DNA of 64,000 nucleotides from Vulcanimicrobiota bacterium (GTDB lineage Bacteria > Vulcanimicrobiota > Vulcanimicrobiia > Vulcanimicrobiales > Vulcanimicrobiaceae): NCBI GenBank assembly GCA_003158175.1, contig PMHJ01000024.1, forward strand, positions 15,316 through 79,315, written 5' to 3'. Positions 36,501-43,094 of the stretch are shown in pieces. Below the pieces are notes generated by a model. That model was given only the letters and a program-made list of their open reading frames with translations, was not told the DNA's origin and did no database searches. The position numbers and the translations under genes were made by a program. The stretch's first letter is position 1; each line of letters begins with the position of its first letter.

Positions 36501-36601
36501 AGCGACGCGAGAATGAGCGCGCGGTGCGCGTGATATTTCGAGTTCGGAACCTCGACCTCGCCGGTCAACGGCCCGCTCGTTCCTTTAACGAGAAGATTCA
36601 T
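33581..36601 (-). CDS. Fusion protein: EPSP-synthase (AroA)-like domain + AMP-dependent acyl-CoA synthetase/ligase
   Basis: Residues 1 to about 440 are EPSPS-fold (PNSKYHAHRALILASL, LKESDRVAAM, FNDHRILMSLA). Residues from about 450 to 1006 are an adenylate-forming enzyme (LLFTSGTSGEPKGV, GWFRTGDLG, PRTPSGKVQK). Confidence 0.9.
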   Translation of the reverse strand: MNLLVKGTSGPLTGEVEVPNSKYHAHRALILASLAPGTSRILGLSDARHVQFTMDVLRALGTKIEVEGQTLLVAGGPYHVKRKVVSVGSSGSTLYFMIGLASLADSPVTLTAQKYFQRRPVGPLLAALSQMGVAFESNSGCPPITVFPGQPRGGKIVIPGTLSQWISGLLLLAPFTKEPTIIEVEGELNERPYIALTAEMMRAFDLHVRIAPDWRRFEVEPGQRPRPATLELPPDIGSAAFGLAATALHPSDVLFRGLQALPGELPDHPEGAFMEILREMGLPMAYDAQAHAVRVRHAGIELRGVRVDCRDIPDMLPILSTLGTFAKGETVLENIAHVRLKESDRVAAMLQLNRMGGHLELHDDRLVAHGVSELQGAHLSSFNDHRILMSLAVAASRAQGQSTLTYPNAYRISYPRFLDAMRSIGVSLSISDGPHNGQHSAARAAAMPKPDRAAQMTLGELLAHHARETPLGLAVVETREGSDVALTWQELLERVERTATLLLSLGVRPGERVAYQLPNTLEFVVISLATLRVGAVCCPLMPIFREREVAFCLRRSRARVLFVPDEARGRNHAEEIASILQEASVFSGDLPLKLEHVVVCAGARNTYALPTPGYDDTVRWLRYQDALRTIEVDRKVLDAQPSDAEAIAQLLFTSGTSGEPKGVLHRNDVLMRAAAMEIEHLGLRAEDRIFVPSPLAHQTGFLYGMWLALLMGVPQIVQPVWSASRALRALNDWDGTFVQAATPFLADLVAAVEGGERAPAALRIFVATGAAVPRGLAERATRILGTAVCGAWGTTESCLGSLSAPTDEPAKVWGTDGRALRGIHLRIADAEGRTMLPGQEGHFEVQSPTMFVGYADHPDWTAAAFTPDGWFRTGDLGVIDESGYVRITGRVRDVINRGGEKIPVGEMEQLLSDHPAVAEIAIVAMPDPRLGERACAFVVLRAGAQLDFDRMQHYLYACQAAKHYWPERLEIVGELPRTPSGKVQKFLLRERARELRPHERGKASVS

Positions 36602-36680
36602 CTAACGAGATTCATCGGCGTCCTACCTCAAGGCGGCGGATGCAAACTTCCGGTTTAAATCGGAGCGCCCTGCTCGCTGC

Positions 36681-37895
36681 TCATCGCGAGATAACTAGCG
36701 ACGCGTTCTGTCCGCCGAAGCCGAAGGCGTTCACTTGAAAGACGCCGTAGCGATGCGAGCGCGGGCGTTCCATCACCAAGTCGAAACGCGTCGCCGGATC
36801 GAGTCGCTGCGTTCCGATCGTGGGCGGAATACACTCTTCGTGCATCCCCGCGATACCAGCGACGGCGCACATCGCGCCTGCGCTGGCCATGCTGTGGCCG
36901 ACGTGCCCTTTGATTGAGGTGACGATTGCCGGGCGATCGGCGTAAACGGCGTCGATCGCCTTGGACTCAGCAGCGTCGCCGACGATCGTACCGGTCGCGT
37001 GCGCGTACACGACCGCGCATTGTTCGCCTGCATCGCCCGAGCGTTCGATTGCATCTTGCATCGCGCGCACTTCGTAGCGCGCCGACGGGTCGGGCGACGT
37101 AATATGATAGGCATCGGCGAGCGAACCGTAACCCCGAATGCGCGCCAGCACGCGCGCTCCGCGCTCCAACGCCCGTTCGATGCGTTCCAAGACCAGAATC
37201 GCGGCGCCATCGCCCATAACGAATCCGTCACGGTCGACGTCGAAGGGTCGCGACGCCTTGGCGGCATCGGTGTTGCGCGAGAGCGCGCCTGCACGAACGA
37301 GGCTTTCGTACACCAGCGGACTCAAGAGCGTTTCGCAGCCTCCGGCAATTGCCGCGTCGATCTCGCCTCGCTCGATCATGCCCGAGGCCAAGCCGATCGC
37401 ATCGAGCGATGAGGCGCAGGCCGTGCTGATCGCGAGTTGCGGCCCGTGCAGGTTCCAATGCATCGCGATCAGTGCGCTTGGCATATTCGGAATGACCAGG
37501 GCCATCAGTTTCGGCGTCACGGTACGACCGCCGGATTCGAGTAGGCGCGTCTGCGCTTGCGCGACGAGAGGAAAGCCGCCCATCGTATTCCCCACGATGA
37601 CCGCGGTTCGCTCGGCGGGCGGATCGAGCCGTGCCTGCCCGAGCGCTTCGGTGGTCGCGACCATCGCGAACTGCGTGAAACGGTCTGTATTTCGCAAGGC
37701 GGCCGGTGGGATTGAGCTGCGATCTAAAAAGTCGTCCGCGACCGCCGCCCAAAGCTCATTTCCGGAAACCTTCGGCCCCGAAACCTTTATCGGAGCAATT
37801 CCGCACTTGCCCTCGAGTAAGTGTTGCCAAAAGACTTCGGTTGCCGTACCGATCGGCGATACGATCCCCATTCCGGTGACCGCGACGTGCTCCAC
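36681..37895 (-). CDS. Beta-ketoacyl-ACP synthase (KAS I/II, FabF/FabB-like)
   Basis: Cys-His-His triad contexts ISTACASSLDAIG, YAHATGT and GHVGHSMASAG. 404 aa. Confidence 0.9.
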   Translation of the reverse strand: MEHVAVTGMGIVSPIGTATEVFWQHLLEGKCGIAPIKVSGPKVSGNELWAAVADDFLDRSSIPPAALRNTDRFTQFAMVATTEALGQARLDPPAERTAVIVGNTMGGFPLVAQAQTRLLESGGRTVTPKLMALVIPNMPSALIAMHWNLHGPQLAISTACASSLDAIGLASGMIERGEIDAAIAGGCETLLSPLVYESLVRAGALSRNTDAAKASRPFDVDRDGFVMGDGAAILVLERIERALERGARVLARIRGYGSLADAYHITSPDPSARYEVRAMQDAIERSGDAGEQCAVVYAHATGTIVGDAAESKAIDAVYADRPAIVTSIKGHVGHSMASAGAMCAVAGIAGMHEECIPPTIGTQRLDPATRFDLVMERPRSHRYGVFQVNAFGFGGQNASLVISR

Positions 37896-37943
37896 GGCGC
37901 TCTGATTGCGGGAGCGATACGGGAGGCGCCTGCCGGGCTGGGC

Positions 37944-38915
37944 ATGAGGGAGGGAGCATGCGTCGAAGCGAGGATGGTGGAGCGAGGGGTAAACGTACCG
38001 CAGTCGTACCGCCTAGTGCGGCGTGACGCGCGGGGCGAGCGAACAATCGTACGTCTGAGGAACGGCGCCACTTTTGGCGGCGATGAGATCGCCATTTGCG
38101 CCGGCCCGTGCGGAGTCGAATCGCGCGAACAGCTCGAAACGGCGGCGGCCGCGGTGGCCGCCGCAGGAGCCAACGTCCTGCGGGGCGGCGCGTACAAACC
38201 GCGTACCTCGCCGTACTCCTTCCAAGGGCTCGGCGAAGAGGGGCTCAAGATGTTGCGCGATTCCGGCGATCGGCACGGCTTGGGCGTCGTTACCGAAGTG
38301 CTGGATCCGCGTGATGTCGAGAGGGTCGCGCGCTACGCGGATATGCTGCAGATCGGCGCGCGAAACATGCAGAACTTTCCGTTGCTGCGCGAAGTCGGCG
38401 GCCTGCGCATGCCCGTGCTTCTAAAGCGCGGTCTCTCGGCAACGGTGCAAGAGTGGCTGCTCGCCGCGGAATACGTGATGCTCGGCGGTAACGAGAGCGT
38501 CGTTTTGTGCGAACGTGGCGTCCGGTCTTTTGATCCCGCGACTCGCAACCTGCTCGACATCGCCGTCGTGCCTTTGCTCGAGGAAATGACGCATCTTCCG
38601 GTTATCGTCGATCCGTCGCACGCGATGGGGATCGCGCGTCTCGTTCCGCCGATCGCGGTGGCCAGCATCGCCGCCGGCGCGCACGGCCTTCTCATCGAAG
38701 TCCATCCCGATCCGGCCAACGCACTCTCGGACGGCGCTCAATCGCTGGATTGCGATCAGTTCGCGCTGCTCATGCGGCGATTGGCTGCCGTTGCAGAGTT
38801 TGCCGGACGCCGGCTTCCGCAGCACGTAAAACCCTCCGATGCCGCGCGTTCGAACGGTCAGCGTGAAGCCGACGGCGCCGTGCGATCGAGCAAGAGCGGC
38901 GTAAGGCTGGCGTAG
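37944..38915 (+). CDS. 3-deoxy-7-phosphoheptulonate (DAHP) synthase, type I-beta
   Basis: GPCGVES, LRGGAYKPRTSPYSFQGLGEEGLKML, LQIGARNMQNF, VIVDPSH. The start is ATG 37944 or ATG 37974. The 5' part of ORF 37821.. overlaps the KAS start. Confidence 0.88.
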   Translation: MREGACVEARMVERGVNVPQSYRLVRRDARGERTIVRLRNGATFGGDEIAICAGPCGVESREQLETAAAAVAAAGANVLRGGAYKPRTSPYSFQGLGEEGLKMLRDSGDRHGLGVVTEVLDPRDVERVARYADMLQIGARNMQNFPLLREVGGLRMPVLLKRGLSATVQEWLLAAEYVMLGGNESVVLCERGVRSFDPATRNLLDIAVVPLLEEMTHLPVIVDPSHAMGIARLVPPIAVASIAAGAHGLLIEVHPDPANALSDGAQSLDCDQFALLMRRLAAVAEFAGRRLPQHVKPSDAARSNGQREADGAVRSSKSGVRLA

Positions 38916-39601
38916 CCACCGTGCACCGCGCCGATGTCGGTGCCCAGCGTGTCGCGGTCGGTTTCGAAGGGCGATTCCCAGGCGCGATAATAGCGCGTCG
39001 CTCCTCCGCGATCTTCGCCCACCATTCGCCCGCAAATACGCTTTCGTCCTAAGCGCGTCGTAGAAATGCCGCGAATTGACGGCAGGGGGACGTTGGGAAC
39101 GTTTAAGTTCCAATAGCACGTCGTGTCTGCGAATCGTTCGAACTCGTGCTCGACACATCGATGGACGATCGCAGCGGCGGTCTCCCAGTACCGCAGGTCA
39201 AACGGCTCCTCGTGGTCGGACGCAAGCGAGACCGCTAGCGCAGGAATTCCAAGGAGGCAGGCTTCAACCGCTCCCGCGACGGTTCCGGAGTAGTTAACGT
39301 CGTCGGCCAGATTGGGGCCATGATTGATGCCGCTGATCACCAGCTCCGGTCGCGGCGCGAGCTCCGTCGATCCGAGGAAGACGCAATCGGCCGGAGTCCC
39401 CGAACACGCGTACGAGAGAACCTTGGCGGCGTGACGGCGTTCTACCGTGATCGCTTCGTCTGCCGTGATTGCGTGTGAGACGCCGCTCCGATCGCCGGAG
39501 GGCGCAACGACGACGATATCGTGGTCGTGGGCCATCACCTCCACGAGTGCTTCAATGCCGGGCGAATCGATGCCGTCGTCATTGGTGATGAGGATTCGCA
39601 G
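38858..39601 (-). CDS. surE: 5'/3'-nucleotidase SurE
   Basis: (L/M)RILITNDDGIDSPGIEALVEVM...SGVSHAIT. The conserved MRIL.TNDDG N-terminus falls on CTG 39601, 5 nt after the msrB stop. The ORF track's TTG 39799 start would overlap msrB by about 190 nt. Confidence 0.85.
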   Translation of the reverse strand: MRILITNDDGIDSPGIEALVEVMAHDHDIVVVAPSGDRSGVSHAITADEAITVERRHAAKVLSYACSGTPADCVFLGSTELAPRPELVISGINHGPNLADDVNYSGTVAGAVEACLLGIPALAVSLASDHEEPFDLRYWETAAAIVHRCVEHEFERFADTTCYWNLNVPNVPLPSIRGISTTRLGRKRICGRMVGEDRGGATRYYRAWESPFETDRDTLGTDIGAVHGGYASLTPLLLDRTAPSASR

Positions 39602-39606
39602 ACGTC

Positions 39607-40077
39607 TTATGCCGGAACGAACCGAAGCGCGAGTCCGTCGATGCAATAACGCAGATGCGTTGGCGGAGGTCCGTCGTCGAAGATATGACCGAGATGGCTT
39701 CCGCACTGCCGGCAATGCACTTCGGTCCGCATTTCGACGAGCGCATAATCGACTTGCGTACGCGTCGTGTTGGGCTGTACGTCCCAAAACGACGGCCAAC
39801 CGTCGCCGCTATCGTATTTTTTCTTCGAGGAAAAGATCACCAACTCGCACCCGGCGCATTGATAGGTGCCTGGCCGTTTCTCCCCGATCAACGGGCTGGA
39901 AAAGGCGGGCTCCGTTCCCCCACGGCGAAGAATTTCGAAACGATCGTCTCCTAACATCGCGCGCCACTGCGCCTCGGTGTGCGTCACCTGATAGTGCTCT
40001 TCCGTGGCCCGGCCACGAATCGCAAGACCGAAAAGGGCAACGGTCGCCGCCGTCGTCAAGAACTCGCTACGTCTCAT
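39607..40077 (-). CDS. msrB: Peptide-methionine (R)-S-oxide reductase MsrB with a twin-arginine signal peptide
   Basis: [19 protein letters not shown] has a Tat-like RRxFL motif. Zn-binding CxxC pairs are CAGC and CRQC, and GHIFDDGP is present. ATGA overlap with msrA. Confidence 0.88.
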   Translation of the reverse strand: MRRSEFLTTAATVALFGLAIRGRATEEHYQVTHTEAQWRAMLGDDRFEILRRGGTEPAFSSPLIGEKRPGTYQCAGCELVIFSSKKKYDSGDGWPSFWDVQPNTTRTQVDYALVEMRTEVHCRQCGSHLGHIFDDGPPPTHLRYCIDGLALRFVPA

Positions 40078-40562
40078 CGTGCGGCTCCCGGAATGACGTG
40101 ACACGCCGCGCCGCCATTCTTCTCAAAGTACCGCTGATGGTACTCTTCGGCCGGCCAGAACCGCGGCGCCGGAGCGATCTGCGTTACGATTGGGCGTGAT
40201 TGTTTCTTTTGCTGCCGATCGCGCGAGGCAATCGCGGCCTGCTCTTGCTCCGGCCCGTGCGTAAAGACTGCCGAACGGTATTGATCGCCGACGTCGGGCC
40301 CCTGGCGATTGAGCTGCGTGGGATCGTGAATTTGCCAGAACAGGTCGAGGAGCTGGTCGTACGTCACGCGCTGCGGATCGTAGATCACTTCGACCGCCTC
40401 GGCGTGTCCGGTGCCGTGGCCGCAGACCTGACGGTACGTCGGGTTCTCGGTGTGGCCGCCGGTGTAGCCTGAGACGACCTCTTCGACTCCGGGAAGCTCA
40501 CGAAATGCGGCTTCGACCCCCCAGAAGCAGCCAGCCGCAAAGGTAGCAATTTTCGTTTCCAT
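40074..40562 (-). CDS. msrA: Peptide-methionine (S)-S-oxide reductase MsrA
   Basis: [15 protein letters not shown]...[21 protein letters not shown]. Confidence 0.92.
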   Translation of the reverse strand: METKIATFAAGCFWGVEAAFRELPGVEEVVSGYTGGHTENPTYRQVCGHGTGHAEAVEVIYDPQRVTYDQLLDLFWQIHDPTQLNRQGPDVGDQYRSAVFTHGPEQEQAAIASRDRQQKKQSRPIVTQIAPAPRFWPAEEYHQRYFEKNGGAACHVIPGAAR

Positions 40563-40607
40563 ACACTCTTTACAACGTCGCAGGCCGCTCAGTGGATGCG
40601 TGGTCCT

Positions 40608-40712
40608 CGGAGCGCTCGTCGCTCCGGCATCCTGCCTGCGCTCCTGCTGCCTGGCCTCCTCGCTCCGCCATCCGGGCTCCGCTCGTCGTGCACACCCTCC
40701 GAAGCATCACGC
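40608..40712. repeat. Possible degenerate member of the GTCATCCTGA repeat family, with a hairpin
   Basis: Hairpin CGGAGCG-ctcgt-CGCTCCG at 40608-40626. It is followed by GGCATCCTGCCTGCGCTCC and CCGAAGCATCACG, which resemble the unit and terminal module seen at 15.6 kb and 29.5 kb. Confidence 0.3.
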
Positions 40713-40747
40713 ACACGACCTACGTGACCACGACCCGACAGGCTCCT

Positions 40748-41974
40748 TCACACGGCGTCGTTGCGAAGGACGTCTTCGATGGTTTCGCGGCGCGCTAGCA
40801 ACCGGTGGGTGCCGCTTGCGATGGCCACGACGGCCGGTTTGGGGAAGCGGTTATAGTTGCCGGCCATGCTGTAGGTGTAGGCGCCGGTCGAGTGCATCGC
40901 GAGGAGATCGCCCGGGCCGACGTCACGCGGAAGCCGCATCGTTCCGAGCTCGTCGTTTTCACACGAACGGCCGCAGAGCGTTATCTCCTGGTCTTCTTCG
41001 TGCCGCGGCGTCACGGCGGTAACGTGGTAGCGCGCGCCGTAGAGCGCCGGTCGTGGATTTTCCGCAATACCGCCATCCACGACCACGAAGGTGCGATGCG
41101 ACTGGCGCTTCACGGCTAGGACGCGATAGAGCGTCGTGCCGGCGTCGGCGACGATGGCACGTCCGGGTTCGATCCCCAATCGGCGTATGCCGAGGCCGCG
41201 TTCCTGCGCCGCGCTGCGGACGCGCGATGCTGCGGCGGCGATGGTCGCGGTAACGTCGAGTCGTTCGTGCTCGCCTTTGGGATCGGAGGGGACACCGAAA
41301 CCGCCGCCGATTACGACCCGTTCGCTTTGCAGTCCGAAGGCTGCAAGCCGCTCGGCCGCCGCGACGAGGGCCGATGCGTTTTCCAAATAGGCCGACTCGT
41401 CGTAGATCTGCGAGCCGATATGAGCGTGCACGCCGGCGAAGCGCAGTTGCGGATTGACCGAGAGCAGCGACGCCGCGGCGCGTTCGTCCCGTGGATGGAT
41501 TCCAAACTTGCTATCCTTGCCGCCGGTGCGCACGAAGGCGTGTGTGCTCGCATCGACGCCGACGTTCAAGCGGAGCATCACGGTCGCCGTATGTCCGTCT
41601 CGTGAAATCTCCGCGAGCCGCTGGAGCTCCGCGATGCCGTCGACGGCGATACAGCCGATCTGTCCGGTGCAAGCGGCGGTCAGCTCGTCGTCGGACTTTC
41701 CCGCGCCGTGCAGCGTGATGCGCTCCGATTCGAATCCGGCTCGCTGCGCGGTCACCAGCTCGCCCAGCGAACAGACGTCGACGCCGATCGGGTAGCGGGC
41801 CAAGTAGCGCAAGAACTCAACGGTTGCAAACGCCTTGGCGGCGTACGAGACTTCGACGCCAAAATCCGTCGCACACCGTACGAGTTCGCTTAGGGTGGCA
41901 TCGACGGCGTCAAGATCGATGACGAGCAGCGGCGTGCCGTAAATCGTTGCGAGCGTCTCGGGGGACGGATTCAG
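40748..41974 (-). CDS. lysA: Diaminopimelate decarboxylase (fold-III PLP decarboxylase)
   Basis: YGTPLLVIDL, SYAAKAF (PLP Lys), HAHIGSQ, GGGFG, CGRSCENDE. The proposed start CTG 41974 overlaps the manA stop (CTGA). The only canonical alternatives, GTG 42115 and 42112, overlap manA by about 145 nt. Confidence 0.85.
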   Translation of the reverse strand: MNPSPETLATIYGTPLLVIDLDAVDATLSELVRCATDFGVEVSYAAKAFATVEFLRYLARYPIGVDVCSLGELVTAQRAGFESERITLHGAGKSDDELTAACTGQIGCIAVDGIAELQRLAEISRDGHTATVMLRLNVGVDASTHAFVRTGGKDSKFGIHPRDERAAASLLSVNPQLRFAGVHAHIGSQIYDESAYLENASALVAAAERLAAFGLQSERVVIGGGFGVPSDPKGEHERLDVTATIAAAASRVRSAAQERGLGIRRLGIEPGRAIVADAGTTLYRVLAVKRQSHRTFVVVDGGIAENPRPALYGARYHVTAVTPRHEEDQEITLCGRSCENDELGTMRLPRDVGPGDLLAMHSTGAYTYSMAGNYNRFPKPAVVAIASGTHRLLARRETIEDVLRNDAV

Positions 41975-43032
41975 AACTGCTCCATGAAGCGATCGACGGA
42001 ATCTTGCGGGATGCCCGCCGCGACGAGCTGGACCGGCAGGCGTTGCCGATCGTGCGGCGGCGTCACGAACATAAACGATGAAGTATCGCTTCCTGCTGCG
42101 CGGACCGTGCACCACTCCGCGGACGCTGGAATCAGCACCGTTTGATAGCGAGATAGCGTAACGGTGGATTCGTTGCTGGCCACTTCGAGCGGCTCGTTGA
42201 GGGACGTGAGGATCAGCGGGCGCCCGTCGGTCCGCATTGACCCGGGTTCGCCGGTTGCCACGATCCGCTCGACGACGAAATGCTCGTCGGCGATGAGCGC
42301 CGTCCGATCGAGGCCCTCGAAATGATAAGGGATCTGCAGAAGCGTCCCGGTCTCCATGGCCTTATAGTTCAGCACGTCGGCGGCCTTTTGCACGTGAAGT
42401 TCGCGCGGCTTACCGTCGAGACCGACGCGATTGTAGTCGAACATCCGATACGTGAGGTCGGAGGCCTGCTGAGTTTCGAAGATTGTCACGCCGGGCCCGA
42501 TCGCGTGGACGACCCCATGCGGAATGTAAACGGTATCGCCGGCTTTGAGATCGATCTTGCGAAGAATCTCGCCGAGCGTGCCGTCGGCGACGCGCTGCAA
42601 GTATTCCTCTCTCGAGGTGTCGCGCGTCCATCCGTAGATGATTTGGGCTTGCGGCTGGGCATCCAAAACGTACCAGCACTCGGTCTTTCCAAAAGGCTGA
42701 TGTTCGACGCGCTGCGCGTACGCATCGTCGGGGTGCACTTGCACCGAGAGCCAATCGTGTGCCGTGATAATTTTCGTAAGCACGGGAAAGATGCGCTTTG
42801 GATTGATGTCCCCGAGGAGCTTCGGGCCCAAGCGCATGCGCAGATCGGCGACCATACAGCCGGCCAACGCGCCGTTGAGAACTCGATCGGTATCCCAGCA
42901 TTCCCACGACTCGCCCAAGCGAGCTTGTGGATCGCCATGTTTGCCGTAGACCCGCACGAGCTCGTCGCCGCCCCAGACCTGCGTCGTTAGCTTCGGATCG
43001 AGGACGTACGGATAAAGGGGGAGGCTTTGCAT
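41971..43032 (-). CDS. manA: Mannose-6-phosphate isomerase, class I
   Basis: QVWGG, LSVQVHPDD, GKTECWYVL, YIPHGVVHAIGPG. Confidence 0.85.
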   Translation of the reverse strand: MQSLPLYPYVLDPKLTTQVWGGDELVRVYGKHGDPQARLGESWECWDTDRVLNGALAGCMVADLRMRLGPKLLGDINPKRIFPVLTKIITAHDWLSVQVHPDDAYAQRVEHQPFGKTECWYVLDAQPQAQIIYGWTRDTSREEYLQRVADGTLGEILRKIDLKAGDTVYIPHGVVHAIGPGVTIFETQQASDLTYRMFDYNRVGLDGKPRELHVQKAADVLNYKAMETGTLLQIPYHFEGLDRTALIADEHFVVERIVATGEPGSMRTDGRPLILTSLNEPLEVASNESTVTLSRYQTVLIPASAEWCTVRAAGSDTSSFMFVTPPHDRQRLPVQLVAAGIPQDSVDRFMEQF

Positions 43033-43094
43033 GGTCCGGCTACGATACGATAGGTTCGGTGGGAATTCCGCCAGCGGATAGAAGAGAGCTTACC

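Noticed and set aside
40592-41022. Plus-strand ORFs 40592..40798 and 40600..41022
   Set aside because: One lies in the repeat-containing spacer and both lie antisense to lysA. Their composition is Arg/Ala/Ser-rich, and there is no SD.
43033-43094. Riboswitch upstream of the folK::folE2 fusion (THF/ZTP type), and a leader RNA upstream of rplU (26749-26876)
   Set aside because: The folate-gene spacer is only 62 nt. I could not identify the conserved cores by eye in either region. A covariance-model scan (Rfam/Infernal) would be needed.
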